Numbered from the whole stretch's first letter, positions 47,065 to 57,467 are shown. The stretch: DNA of 62,869 nucleotides, filler included, from an uncultured Ignavibacteriales bacterium (GCA_964611355.1; 6 parts of 6 records of this genome joined end to end with filler, not necessarily neighbours in it); one strand, 5' to 3'. A program made the numbers and translations. Notes: generated by a model not told the origin, from the letters alone.

Positions 47065-49686
47065 TTACTTGATTACGGCAAATTTTTCTGTGAGACTTCC
47101 AAATTCGCTCTCGACGTTGTATAGGTAAACGCCGGAGGCTATGCCGCGTCCGGCTTCCGAAACCATATCCCAGTTTTCGGCGCCGGTTCCGTCATCATGG
47201 CGCAGGGTGCGAATCAATTCGCCGGCCAGAGTATAAATCCTGATAGTGCATTGGGCTGGCAGATTGACGAACTGAATCCGGCGCTCTCCTTCATTCGATT
47301 CCCAGCGGGCATTAGCGAGGTAAGGATTGGGCACAACTCTTATCCGGTTCAAATCCTGCCTTGCCTGCGAAGCGACAATCTTGCGGGACGAGAAGTTGAA
47401 CTGGTCGTCGGGCGAGGCCAGGTGCGGCCCTTCAATTGTCAGGACGTCGCCTTCGACCGGTGTAGCAGCGACGTCAAAAGCCATTATCCAGGTCAGGTAT
47501 TCGGTCCGTTCGTCGGGGTGATAGCCACCGTCATCGTAGTCGTAATCGGTGATCATTATATAATCGAGATCAGCCACGGTATACTCGCCATCTCCACCCC
47601 AGTCCACAATCCAGCTTCCAACCTGCGAATCGGCCGTAATATTCCAGACCTCAAACGGCACGTTGACCGGATTATGGGTGAACCAGTCATAGGCCACCGA
47701 ACCGGTCCCCGTAAAGCGGAACTCTATGTCATTTCGGAAGTGAATGTTACAGCCTACCGACGAGGAGAACTCCTCCAGGAACGAGAGGGTCAGGGAAGTG
47801 TCCCCGGCGATGGCGAATTCGGATTGATAGATTGAACCAGGCACCCTGGGATTCTTTACGACTACCTGAAATCCATCGACTATGGGATAAGTGGCATGGG
47901 CGCCTTCGAACTGATCCTGATCCGCGAGCATGGTATCGCCCGTGGTTGTGTTGATCAGGTGCCAGCAGGTCATGCAATCCTCGGAAAAGGCGACCCGATA
48001 ATCATCGCCGGTAATAACCGATTCGTCAACAACGTAAATGGTAACGGAGTCGTAGCACGGGTTCCATTCGCCGTTGTAGGTATGAGCGATACTCGCCTGC
48101 GGGGTAACATAACCCAGAGGATTGGCCTGCGGGAAAACCCTTATGATATTGGAAACCGTTTCCGGATTTCCCGAAGTATAGTCGTATTCCTGACTCGAAC
48201 TGTCATAAGCCACAACAGCGTACCAGTATTCCAGACCGTTGGTCAGGCTGCTATCCATAAAGCTATGGGCTATCCGACCAAAATCGTCCCTCTCGTACAC
48301 CACCAGCGGAACGTAGTCGGGGCCGACCGAATAATCGGCGTTGGTTTTCAAACTGCCCCAGGTTTCACCCCGGTCGGCGGACCGAAAAACCTTGTATCCC
48401 CGGAAGTCCTGTGAGCCGGTTGAGGGATCAATTGACAGTTCAGCGATATCGTCCCATTTAAGCATAACCATGAAATTGCCGGCGGCTGCATTGACGACAG
48501 GCTCGTCAGGCGGCCGGGAAGCGATATAATTGTTCTGATACAGTATCAACGCCTTCTGGACAACATCCTTGAGGATAACCGAATCGGGCGCGGCCACCAG
48601 GGCGAAATCGAACTGGATCGTTTGCCCGGCCGGCAGATCAATCCCGCGTACGGCTTGAACGTAATACTGGTCGGTCGGCGGCAACGACTCATCGAACTCG
48701 GTATTGTCTATCATTTCGAAGCGCCCTTGGTCATTATCAGGCAGAAATTCCCACTGACCGGTATTGAACGAAGTCATTCCTATATCGCCCGGCGTGGAGA
48801 GAACCACCGTGCCCATTACGCCTGTTTCGACACCCGGTCCCCAACCAGGGTCGTACCCGTCTTCGTCGTAAGTCCAGGCCAGATCCAGATCGGCATCATG
48901 AGCGACCAGATCTCCCAGCCGGCCGTTCTCTCCGGTGGCCGGGTCGGGCCCGCCGATATCGAAGTCGCAGTAGAGGCCAATAGCCACACTGTGATAGTCT
49001 TCCGTGCCGACGTTCGTAATCTCCAGTGTAAAGAAGATGATGTCGCGAATTTCCTTGTAGTTCCATTGACGCACCGTCTGGGTTATCTCCAATCCCAATA
49101 CCGGAGATCCCAGGTTATCGTCGGCATAGCGGCAGATCGATTCCTGGACGCTGACCGGCCCGCCGGGGAAATAGCTTGAAGCAAGTGTATTATAGACCTG
49201 ATTATACACCCAGTTACGAGCCTCAACGTCCCAGACGCGCCACCCGTAAGCGGGATAACCGATGCCGGTTCCCACGGTATCGGTTGCGTCATAGCCGTAA
49301 CGGGTCGTATCGGTTGACAGCAGGAAATCGTTTGGCTTCTCAGCCGCGCTCCAGTTTACCAGCGGATTAAAATCATCATCGGTGTTGGCCAGAAGAGTAT
49401 CGTCGGTGGAACTGACGCCGCCGATCCAGAACTTTATCTCAGCCAGGTAATCGCGGCCACTGTTGGCGGGCCATCTTCCGGAGGGACGTCCGGCCCACAT
49501 GAAGCCGCCAACGTATCCGAAGTTATCCAGAGTAGTGGCAATATTCCCCCGGTCATGAGTGATCTGATCCCTGACTGCCGGGTTCGGTACCTGCGATGAG
49601 CCGGCCGCCGCCAGGACGAGGCCGGACCAGCAGATCACCAGGGCCGCCGCCGTTAAAGCAATCTTTATATATATACCTTTTTTCAT
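47065..49686 (-). CDS. Large secreted protein with C-terminal VVPNPY-type sorting domain
   Basis: Signal peptide; DFRGYKVFRS, YWYAVVAYD; IRVVPNPY...IQFVNLPAQCTIRIYTLAGE...ASGVYLYNV...KFAVIK. Confidence 0.85.
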   Translation of the reverse strand: MKKGIYIKIALTAAALVICWSGLVLAAAGSSQVPNPAVRDQITHDRGNIATTLDNFGYVGGFMWAGRPSGRWPANSGRDYLAEIKFWIGGVSSTDDTLLANTDDDFNPLVNWSAAEKPNDFLLSTDTTRYGYDATDTVGTGIGYPAYGWRVWDVEARNWVYNQVYNTLASSYFPGGPVSVQESICRYADDNLGSPVLGLEITQTVRQWNYKEIRDIIFFTLEITNVGTEDYHSVAIGLYCDFDIGGPDPATGENGRLGDLVAHDADLDLAWTYDEDGYDPGWGPGVETGVMGTVVLSTPGDIGMTSFNTGQWEFLPDNDQGRFEMIDNTEFDESLPPTDQYYVQAVRGIDLPAGQTIQFDFALVAAPDSVILKDVVQKALILYQNNYIASRPPDEPVVNAAAGNFMVMLKWDDIAELSIDPSTGSQDFRGYKVFRSADRGETWGSLKTNADYSVGPDYVPLVVYERDDFGRIAHSFMDSSLTNGLEYWYAVVAYDSSSQEYDYTSGNPETVSNIIRVFPQANPLGYVTPQASIAHTYNGEWNPCYDSVTIYVVDESVITGDDYRVAFSEDCMTCWHLINTTTGDTMLADQDQFEGAHATYPIVDGFQVVVKNPRVPGSIYQSEFAIAGDTSLTLSFLEEFSSSVGCNIHFRNDIEFRFTGTGSVAYDWFTHNPVNVPFEVWNITADSQVGSWIVDWGGDGEYTVADLDYIMITDYDYDDGGYHPDERTEYLTWIMAFDVAATPVEGDVLTIEGPHLASPDDQFNFSSRKIVASQARQDLNRIRVVPNPYLANARWESNEGERRIQFVNLPAQCTIRIYTLAGELIRTLRHDDGTGAENWDMVSEAGRGIASGVYLYNVESEFGSLTEKFAVIK

Positions 49687-49711
49687 CGCCAATCCTCTCT
49701 GATCTTATCCG

Positions 49712-52411
49712 TTAGAAGTTGAACTCCATCCCCAATCGTACCCGTCGCGGATGATCATAATGCTGGGGATCTTTGGCCAGCAGTTCATGCCAGAGCTTTT
49801 CCTGTTCATATGTCGGGCTGTTGACGTTAAGGGCCAGATGACCGTCGTTATCCGGCGACCCTGTCTCGGTGTAAACATCGACAACGTTTCGCCGGTCAAA
49901 CAGATTTTCGACCTCGATAAAGAAGGAAAGGAAATTCCGGCTGTCCGACCAGAGGAAGAAATCCTTATTAAAGCGCATATCAAGTCGGAGCGTATACGGC
50001 ATCCGCTCTCCGTTGAGAAGACCCACCCTCCTGCCGTTCTTGTCGGTCCGGGTATAGGTCAGTCCCGATGAATATCGAGCCAGCAGATTAACGCCCCACG
50101 CATCCGGGAATGCGACTCCCATATAATTAAGCTTTTCGCCACGCCCTACTCTGAAATCGATCACCGCCGTCAGTTTGTGACGCTGATCGTATGAGAGCGG
50201 ATACTCACGCGTGGGTTCGGGCGGACGATCCTCATCCTGAACGGTGAAATAATCGTAATACCATTCGTATGGACTGGATGCGTTGCCGTTGGCAATCATG
50301 TAGGAATAACTGGCCGACCAGTTTAAGTGTCGGCGGCTCAGGCTTTCAAGAGATAGGTCAAACCCTTTGCAGGAACCGTAATCGGAATTCGTAAAAACAG
50401 TATAGGGATTGCCGTCTTCGTCCAAAACCTCGCGGGCGCCGATTAAGTTCTTTATATCCCGGTAGTAGGTTGTCAGACTTAAGCGTAAGTCACGGTTTAT
50501 CAACCGGGTCCATCCCAGTTCATAATATATGGTCTTTTCGGCGTCCAGATCGGGATTGCCGATAAGCGGAAATCCCGTTTCAAGATCGCCCTGCAGGTTT
50601 GTGTACATTAAGCGCACGTTAGGAGGCTGGAAAAGATAACCGTAGTTGAAATGCAATACCGAATTGGCGCTGACCGGATGCGAAATACCCAGCCGCGGCG
50701 ACCACTGGACCTTGGGCGTTGATTTTACCCGGTAATCCTTGGTGAACGGGTCGTTCCAATATTCAATATCGGTATAAAGATAATCGAAGCGTAGGCCGAC
50801 GTTAATCACCAAATCATTGAGCTCAACCTTGTCCTGGAAATAAACGGCGCCAAACCAGGGATGGGCTTCATAAGTTTCGCCATACGGTTTGGCATTAAAG
50901 AACTGACGGTTATCCCAGAAAAGATCATGGCGGCGCAGGTCGCCGCCGAACTTCAACTGATTATACTTGTCGATCTGGGAGAGCACCGAGAATTTGGCCC
51001 CGGTATAGGCAGAAAAGCGCTCCAAATAATAGGGGAAAAAATCGTCGCCGGAGGTAAAACCGATATAGGCATAATCGGGGGAACTATTGTAATTGGAATC
51101 GTCAATCGTTCCATTGTACGAACCGTTACCGTCAACCGAATATCCCGGCCATTGATCCCAGTAAAGATCAAAAAGATGTTCCGGAGCCCTCTTGGTTTTG
51201 GTCCGGAAGCGATTCACGTGTAGGGAGACAACCGTATTCCTGGATTTATTGTAGCTTCCTTTAACGCCGAACAAGTAGGCTTCTGTCTCGCTTTTGCCCA
51301 AACCGTCGAGATTGAAATCATACGAGCGGTTGTTAACGTCCCTGTGCACATAACTCTGCCTGTCGCGGAAATAATAAGAACCGTCTATGGCCAGCTTGGT
51401 TTGAGAGGTGGGGAAAGCTATTATTTTACCCGTTCCGGAATAAAGCTTGGATTTGTTATGAGGCAGATAGGCGTCATTTCGCAGAATCTCGGCGTTGGCA
51501 AAAAAAGTCGTCATCCGTTCGCCGATTTTGACAATCGGCCCGGAGAGATCCATAGCCACCGACCGGTTCTGAGTCAGATCCAAATCGCCGTAGGTTGTAT
51601 TATCTATGTTATACCGGTGGCTGGCGCCTTCATAGACTCTAATCCGGCCGCGGAAGTCTTTGCCGCCTTCGCGGGTAATGGCATTAACTACTCCTGAAAG
51701 GGCCTCGCCATACTCCGGCGCAAGACCGCCTGAGGTCAGCGATAATTCTTCAAGGGCGTCAGGCGCGATCCGGATCCCCATATCGCCGGTGAAAGGATCC
51801 TGGATTGAAAAACCGTCGTAAAAATACGTAACCGAACCGTAACGACCGCCCCGCACGTGAAGATTGCCGTCGCCGCCAATTACCGTACCGGCCATATTGG
51901 AAATAATATCCAATACATTTCGCGAATTGGCCAGGCCGGTGATTTCGTTGCGAGTGACAATGGTTCTTGAGGACGTCTTATCCCTTTGAATCGGCGGTCG
52001 CTGCGCTACAACAGTAACCGCCCTGTCAAGATCAATGGGACTTTCCTGCATCGTGAAATCCACCGGAGTAGTCAGGTCCATAAGGACCCTGATATCCTTA
52101 ATGATAACCGTCTCGTATCCTATCATGGATACCGACAAGGAGTGGATGCCAACCGGCAGATTAATGATATAGAACTCGCCGTCAGAATCAGCCTTGGTTA
52201 TGATCTGAGTTTCTACAACCTTGACTGTAGCCCCCTGCAAAGGTTCCCCCGTTACCGCATCCGTTGCGATACCGGCTATTTTCCCCGTGGTACTCGACAA
52301 TGCCGGCGAACATATTAAAAGGCTGAGTACCAACAGAGCAGGCAGTACCGCATATCTTCCAAACGCTAACAAGTTGAACTCCTCAGTTAAATGATTCTTA
52401 TACACTCCCAC
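49712..52411 (-). CDS. TonB-dependent receptor with N-terminal carboxypeptidase-regulatory-like domain
   Basis: TTGKIAG...TGEPLQGA, LHVRGGR, GGLAPEYGEALSGVVN plug, SPRLGISHP, GNPDL, C-terminal RLGMEFNF; start codon uncertain. Confidence 0.92.
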   Translation of the reverse strand: MGVYKNHLTEEFNLLAFGRYAVLPALLVLSLLICSPALSSTTGKIAGIATDAVTGEPLQGATVKVVETQIITKADSDGEFYIINLPVGIHSLSVSMIGYETVIIKDIRVLMDLTTPVDFTMQESPIDLDRAVTVVAQRPPIQRDKTSSRTIVTRNEITGLANSRNVLDIISNMAGTVIGGDGNLHVRGGRYGSVTYFYDGFSIQDPFTGDMGIRIAPDALEELSLTSGGLAPEYGEALSGVVNAITREGGKDFRGRIRVYEGASHRYNIDNTTYGDLDLTQNRSVAMDLSGPIVKIGERMTTFFANAEILRNDAYLPHNKSKLYSGTGKIIAFPTSQTKLAIDGSYYFRDRQSYVHRDVNNRSYDFNLDGLGKSETEAYLFGVKGSYNKSRNTVVSLHVNRFRTKTKRAPEHLFDLYWDQWPGYSVDGNGSYNGTIDDSNYNSSPDYAYIGFTSGDDFFPYYLERFSAYTGAKFSVLSQIDKYNQLKFGGDLRRHDLFWDNRQFFNAKPYGETYEAHPWFGAVYFQDKVELNDLVINVGLRFDYLYTDIEYWNDPFTKDYRVKSTPKVQWSPRLGISHPVSANSVLHFNYGYLFQPPNVRLMYTNLQGDLETGFPLIGNPDLDAEKTIYYELGWTRLINRDLRLSLTTYYRDIKNLIGAREVLDEDGNPYTVFTNSDYGSCKGFDLSLESLSRRHLNWSASYSYMIANGNASSPYEWYYDYFTVQDEDRPPEPTREYPLSYDQRHKLTAVIDFRVGRGEKLNYMGVAFPDAWGVNLLARYSSGLTYTRTDKNGRRVGLLNGERMPYTLRLDMRFNKDFFLWSDSRNFLSFFIEVENLFDRRNVVDVYTETGSPDNDGHLALNVNSPTYEQEKLWHELLAKDPQHYDHPRRVRLGMEFNF

Positions 52412-52472
52412 AGATTGCCACTTCTCGCAGGCTGATTATTTCTATATTGGTCTATAAGATTTCTTTATTTGT

Positions 52473-52500
52473 TTATCGGAAGAACTATCAGACGGCTTTA
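52473..52500 (-). promoter_or_regulatory. Putative sigma28 promoter of the TBDR operon
   Basis: TAAA-N16-TCCGATAA. Confidence 0.45.
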
Positions 52501-52641
52501 GCTGATTTCAAGACATATATGGCCGTGGCAAAATTGATCACGCCACCTGCCAATACTCAAAAAAGGGGATGAAAAGAAATATTAATGCCGATTATTGTTT
52601 AACAGCGTTGCATCTTCCCCTATGGTTTGGACGGCCTCCGC

Positions 52642-52668
52642 TTAAGAATTCCCTGATTTGGCCGATAT
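52642..52668 (+). promoter_or_regulatory. Putative sigma28 promoter of the SBP operon
   Basis: TTAAG-N14-GCCGATAT. Confidence 0.45.
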
Positions 52669-52769
52669 TTCGGGTAAGTATCACCTCCTGCGGTGCAAAA
52701 GTTCCAATTCTGGTAAAATGCCCGCCTTAGGGACCATGACAGATTTCAGGAGGCAGCACCGGAATACAT

Positions 52770-53759
52770 ATGGTCATGCATCCGAAACGAACAATCCGCC
52801 TGTTTAACCGGCTGCCGGCGTTAGGCGCCATTTTCTTTATGGTCCTGACCGCGCTAATCCCTCTGGCAACAAAGGCTTATGCCGCCAACAAGATTTCCAT
52901 AGTTTTAATCGATAACGAACCAAGCACACTGCGAACCATTAAAGGAATAAAGAATGCTATTAAACGGTACGGTCTGGAGGTAAGTTACAACGAATCAATT
53001 CTGAGCGGTGATCCTGAAGCCGATCAGCGAATTTTCGCATCACTTAAAGATTTTAACCCCGATCTGTTTATCACCCTCGGCTCATACACTACATCCAAAA
53101 TATCGGAAATTTTTCCCCATCGGCCGATTATATTCGCCAATGTCATGAATCCGGAGGCTTCCGGGTTCATAGCCTCCATGAACCGCCCGGGTGGGCATAT
53201 TACCGGCGCCGCCCTCGATATCCCGCCGGATAAACAATTCCATTACTTTAAGCGAGTTGTGAGTAATATAAAAACCATGGGGGTACTCTATTCCGCAGAA
53301 ACCGAAAACATCATCAATCAGGCGCGCATTGCCGGCCGGCAGCTCGGCATTAACCTGGTTGCCATTAAAGTAGAAAGTGAAAAGGAAATCCCCGCGGCCA
53401 TAGATTCCCTGTGTAAAATATCAAACGCCCTCTGGTCGGTAGCCGATCACACGGTTTATACCCCCCAATCCACGCAGTATATTATTTTGCAGATCTTGAG
53501 ACACGGCCTGCCGATGATGGGGTTTTCGCAGTCACTCGTCGAAGCAGGAGGTCTTTTCACTCTCGATTTCGACTTCAAGGATATTGGACGTCAGGCCGGA
53601 GAAACAGCCGTCCGGGTCTTACATGGCAGCGATCCGTCCAGTATTCCGGTCACCACACCCGGAATAATATATTTCAAATACAATGAGAAGACCGCCAACC
53701 GGATAAATATTCAGATACCGGAAGATTTGCTGGCGGTAGCCAAGGAGGTAATCAAATGA
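52770..53759 (+). CDS. Periplasmic substrate-binding protein (ABC_sub_bind type)
   Basis: Signal peptide; PIIFANV, GGHITG, MGVLYS, IGRQAG...P..IPV. Confidence 0.8.
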   Translation: MVMHPKRTIRLFNRLPALGAIFFMVLTALIPLATKAYAANKISIVLIDNEPSTLRTIKGIKNAIKRYGLEVSYNESILSGDPEADQRIFASLKDFNPDLFITLGSYTTSKISEIFPHRPIIFANVMNPEASGFIASMNRPGGHITGAALDIPPDKQFHYFKRVVSNIKTMGVLYSAETENIINQARIAGRQLGINLVAIKVESEKEIPAAIDSLCKISNALWSVADHTVYTPQSTQYIILQILRHGLPMMGFSQSLVEAGGLFTLDFDFKDIGRQAGETAVRVLHGSDPSSIPVTTPGIIYFKYNEKTANRINIQIPEDLLAVAKEVIK

Positions 53760-53832
53760 GCTTCCTTGGTAAATTTGATAGTCTTAGCCTGCGGGTAAAA
53801 TTCATAGTTATCATTTCCCTGTTGATTATCAC
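53756..53832 (+). CDS. N-terminus of a membrane sensor (kinase/MCP-like), truncated
   Basis: MSFLGKFDSLSLRVKFIVIISLLII; ATGA overlap and GGAGG RBS. Confidence 0.55.
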
Positions 53833-53932
53833 NNNNNNNNNNNNNNNNNNNNNNNNNNNNNNNNNNNNNNNNNNNNTTAATTAATTAANNNNNNNNNNNN
53901 NNNNNNNNNNNNNNNNNNNNNNNNNNNNNNNN
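53833..53932. other. Artificial contig linker
   Basis: N-run/TTAATTAATTAA/N-run. Confidence 0.98.
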
Positions 53933-54034
53933 CATTCGGCGTTAGGCTATCGCCCACCGAATCGGGCCGAAGAAATCTATAACCTCAACCGCAAAACTCT
54001 CTTAAAATCGGCTTGACTAATGGGGAGCAGTACA
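53933..54034 (+). mobile_element. IS3-family element right end (transposase C-terminus plus terminal IR)
   Basis: HSALGYRPP...LKSA* (stop 54014-54016) followed by ctaatggggagcagtaCA terminus. Confidence 0.8.
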
Positions 54035-54194
54035 TAATGGTAAATTATCTGACTTACATCCCAGTCGAAACCATTTGCCTTTATGTCATCCGTACTCATA
54101 ATAGCTACTATCTAATAAATACAATAACTAATCTCGCGTATATTAATTGATATTTCGCTTTTATTCAACATTTTATACCAATTCCATTCTTCTT

Positions 54195-56327
54195 TTATCT
54201 TGCCGTAGCCAAAGCGCCCGCAAAAGTCAGCCCAATCAATATCACCAGCGACCACAAAAGCCAACTCAGGCCGATGACCGGCAAAAACATCGTTGTCGTC
54301 AGGAGAGCTCCCAGCGAAGAACCGACCAGTTCCCAGCCGTAACCGGTTCCGCGATTGGCAATCCGGCTGCCGGCGTAATAACGGTTGGTTGCACCTATAA
54401 AAAGCGTTCCCGTAGCCAGGGCCGCGACGAATAAAAAGAAAGCATAATATGGCAGGGCCGCATCCGGACTGACCGAACCATAACTTCCGATGAATATCAA
54501 CCCCGCCGCAAGGAACAATATCAGTGCGGGAAACTCGAGCGGTTTATCACCACCGACCCGCATCGAATAATATGTTCCCAGCGCAAGGCCGAGCATAAAT
54601 GAACCGATGAGTATGGCCAGTTCCGAATAAAGCGATCCGGCGGTCGATTGATAAAGGTAAAATGATACCAGTTCCAGCGATAAAGAAACCAGCCCGGCAA
54701 TAAAATAAAGAAACAGGGCGAATTGATTGGTGCGCCTGTTTTTCAAAACGGCAGCTACAAAAAACAGCGCAATCAGGGCCGGAAACAGGATTATCCATAA
54801 CGGTTGACGCAGAATAAATCCGATAATTTTGCGATCAACCGAATCGGCCAGCGAACGGTAAAGCGCCTGATAATGCGGCAGGATCGGCTTCTTCAGGCTG
54901 TTGGCAACGGCGCCGCTTTTTACGGCCAAAAGAAGCCGCTCGGTTTTTATCAAGCTCAACCGATTTGCCAGGTAATCTTCATGGATATACTGCGTCTCGA
55001 CGTTAAGCCGGTTTATGCGGGATATCAGCGTGTCATATGGCAGGTCAAGGCTTCGCCGGGACGATGCAAAAAACAGCGTCTTACTTCCCGGCCAGGTATT
55101 AACGTTGACGAAAATCCGCTCCAGCGTATTATAAAGAATCGAAAGTATCTGCTTTTTTTCGGTCGCAAGGTACCGGTCGGTATCGTAATCGACGGAAATA
55201 AACAATATACCGCCGTTTTCCAGCCGGCTCCCCGTCATGGAAAGGAACTTTTCGGTGATGTAGCGGCTCTTCTGGTAATTATTCGGCTCACCTGTGTCAA
55301 GAATAATAATATCGTACCGGTCGAAGGCGCTCCCGCCGGAAAGATAACTTACCGGATCATCGTCAATTCGCTGTCTGTTTGAAACGGAAGGAAAAAGCCG
55401 GTCAAACAGACCGTTTAGCGATTCTCTCGGATCAAGAGCGGTAAGATCCAAATTCAGGGAGCTGGCGAGGTCAAAGACGCCAAACTCCGCCCGGCCGACA
55501 AAAAGTATCCTTTTCGCCTCCGGATGATACAAAAGGGGTGGGATTACGAGGTTCTCAATCGTTTCGCGATCGGGATAAACCGCGTCGACGGTATTGTCGG
55601 TCATAAGGACAATGCTCTCGTCACGCTTCAGGATCGTCTGATGCGAGTAAGGAGTATCGAACGAGGCCGCGATATCGTATGAATCGTATTTGATCGAATC
55701 GAGATGCCCGTCAAGAGAGGGTATTGCCATGATAATTGCGATAATCGTAAGCGCGGCAACTATCCCGGCCGGTATGTCGTAACGCTTATTCGAAAATGCA
55801 ACGATTGAAGCAATAGTAACAACGCTCAGTATCAATGCCAATCCCAATGATGATATCAGTTCTCCGGCCGTCAGGGTAATGATCAGGCCGCCGGCAAAAG
55901 CGCCGATTCCCTCGAAAAGATAAACGGTTCCAATTGATCGAGTCGGGTCTGTTTGTCCTTTCTGCGCAATAGCCGGGAACAACCAGCCGGAAATTATCCC
56001 GACCGGACACATGGCCAGAATTGACAGAACAGCCGCCTTTGTAAACGGAATAATCTCGCCGACTATATCGGTAAACGCCAGAGGCGACAGCCTGACCAGA
56101 ATTATCATAACCGGCAGAAGAACGGCCCCCAGTATAAAAAGTAGCCGATCACCCGGCTTTCGGCAACGCCCGCCGACAAAAGCTCCCAGCGCGACCGATA
56201 AAAGCCAGCCGAAAAGAGCCGTGCCGATAAAAAACTCATCACCATTCAGGGAAGATATCAGTTCCCGTAGAAGGAGAACCTGACCGCCGACCGAAAAGAG
56301 GCCGAGCAAAAATCCCGATCGTCTCAT
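54195..56327 (-). CDS. Polytopic membrane protein with a central spermidine-synthase-like domain
   Basis: GQVLLLRE...GDEF and SLELV...GSLY TM blocks on either side of FDTPY, HPEAKRILFVG, YDIIILD, LENGGIL. Confidence 0.8.
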   Translation of the reverse strand: MRRSGFLLGLFSVGGQVLLLRELISSLNGDEFFIGTALFGWLLSVALGAFVGGRCRKPGDRLLFILGAVLLPVMIILVRLSPLAFTDIVGEIIPFTKAAVLSILAMCPVGIISGWLFPAIAQKGQTDPTRSIGTVYLFEGIGAFAGGLIITLTAGELISSLGLALILSVVTIASIVAFSNKRYDIPAGIVAALTIIAIIMAIPSLDGHLDSIKYDSYDIAASFDTPYSHQTILKRDESIVLMTDNTVDAVYPDRETIENLVIPPLLYHPEAKRILFVGRAEFGVFDLASSLNLDLTALDPRESLNGLFDRLFPSVSNRQRIDDDPVSYLSGGSAFDRYDIIILDTGEPNNYQKSRYITEKFLSMTGSRLENGGILFISVDYDTDRYLATEKKQILSILYNTLERIFVNVNTWPGSKTLFFASSRRSLDLPYDTLISRINRLNVETQYIHEDYLANRLSLIKTERLLLAVKSGAVANSLKKPILPHYQALYRSLADSVDRKIIGFILRQPLWIILFPALIALFFVAAVLKNRRTNQFALFLYFIAGLVSLSLELVSFYLYQSTAGSLYSELAILIGSFMLGLALGTYYSMRVGGDKPLEFPALILFLAAGLIFIGSYGSVSPDAALPYYAFFLFVAALATGTLFIGATNRYYAGSRIANRGTGYGWELVGSSLGALLTTTMFLPVIGLSWLLWSLVILIGLTFAGALATAR

Positions 56328-57467
56328 TTAAGTAAATCGTCCCGGAATTTCCCGATTACAGAATTTGCAACGATTACCTTTGAGATTGTTTTGATAAATT
56401 TGATACCCGCGCCGCTCAATTAAGATTTTGCCGCATCCCGGACAGTAAGTCGATTCGGCCGGGTGACCCGGAAGATTGCCCAGATAGACATATTTCAGTC
56501 CTTCGGCCCGGCTGATTTGGTGCGCCCGCTCAAGAGTTTTCTGCGGCGTCGGCGGGAGATTTCTCAAAAGATACTGGGGATGAAAGCGCGAAAAGTGAAC
56601 CGGAACATCGCTTCCGAGATTGGTTTTCACCCACCGGGCCAGTTCTTTGAATTCGTCATCGGTGTCGTTGAGCGTCGGGATCACCAGGTAAACAATTTCC
56701 AGCCAGACGCCCGACTTTTTGATCTGCACAAGACGATCAAGGACCGGTTTCAATTCTCCGTCAACATAATCGCGATAGTAATTCTCGCGGATGGCCTTAA
56801 GGTCAACCTTGACGGCGTCAAGGTGTCCCAGAAGATCAGTTAGCGGCTCGGACTCGATATACCCGCCGGTTATCATGACCGACCTGATGTTATGTTTATG
56901 CCCCAATTCGGCGGTATCATACATATATTCGTAAAAAACAACCGGCTCCGAATAGGTGTAGGCGATAGTGGGAATATTTCTGGATTGGCAGATGTCGACG
57001 ATCTCTCGAGGGGGAAGATCGATATTATCGGTTTGCTCCGGGCGCGACTGGGAAATATCCCAATTCTGACAACACTTGCAGTTGACGTTACAACCGGCGG
57101 TAGCCAGCGAAAAAGCGGTCGTACCCGGATAAAAATGAAACAGCGGTTTTTTTTCAATCGGGTCGATATTGAGGGCGCAGGGCAGGCCATAGACGAGAGT
57201 ATAATAAATATCTTTCCGGTTTTCGCGCACCCCGCAGTAACCTCGTTCGAGGTCTGTTATCAGGCAGTGCCGGGGGCAGAGGCCGCATTCAATTCCGCCG
57301 GTTTCAAGTTTGGTGTAATAGCGAGCCTCGACCGACGAAAGTTCCTTGGCGAATTCAAAGGCGCAGGCGTTTTGCAGTCCTCCAAGAACATCCTGCCAGT
57401 AATTCGAACCGGCCGCGGCAGCCGCTGCGCCGCACCCGACACATTTAATAAATCTTCGCCTGTCCAT
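56328..57467 (-). CDS. amrS: AmmeMemoRadiSam radical SAM enzyme with Tat signal
   Basis: MDRRRFIK twin-Arg leader; CGLCPRHC, GYCGVREN, IDPIEKKPLFHF, GCNVNCKCCQNWDISQ, AYTYSEP, HFSRFHP, YVYLGN, TYCPGC. Confidence 0.92.
   Translation of the reverse strand: MDRRRFIKCVGCGAAAAAAGSNYWQDVLGGLQNACAFEFAKELSSVEARYYTKLETGGIECGLCPRHCLITDLERGYCGVRENRKDIYYTLVYGLPCALNIDPIEKKPLFHFYPGTTAFSLATAGCNVNCKCCQNWDISQSRPEQTDNIDLPPREIVDICQSRNIPTIAYTYSEPVVFYEYMYDTAELGHKHNIRSVMITGGYIESEPLTDLLGHLDAVKVDLKAIRENYYRDYVDGELKPVLDRLVQIKKSGVWLEIVYLVIPTLNDTDDEFKELARWVKTNLGSDVPVHFSRFHPQYLLRNLPPTPQKTLERAHQISRAEGLKYVYLGNLPGHPAESTYCPGCGKILIERRGYQIYQNNLKGNRCKFCNREIPGRFT

Noticed and set aside
11859..53932. Five identical TTAATTAATTAA motifs within N-runs
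   Set aside because: Artificial six-frame-stop linkers. Apparent neighbourhoods across them (kbl-MCP, HDOD-flagellin, SBP-IS3) are not real.
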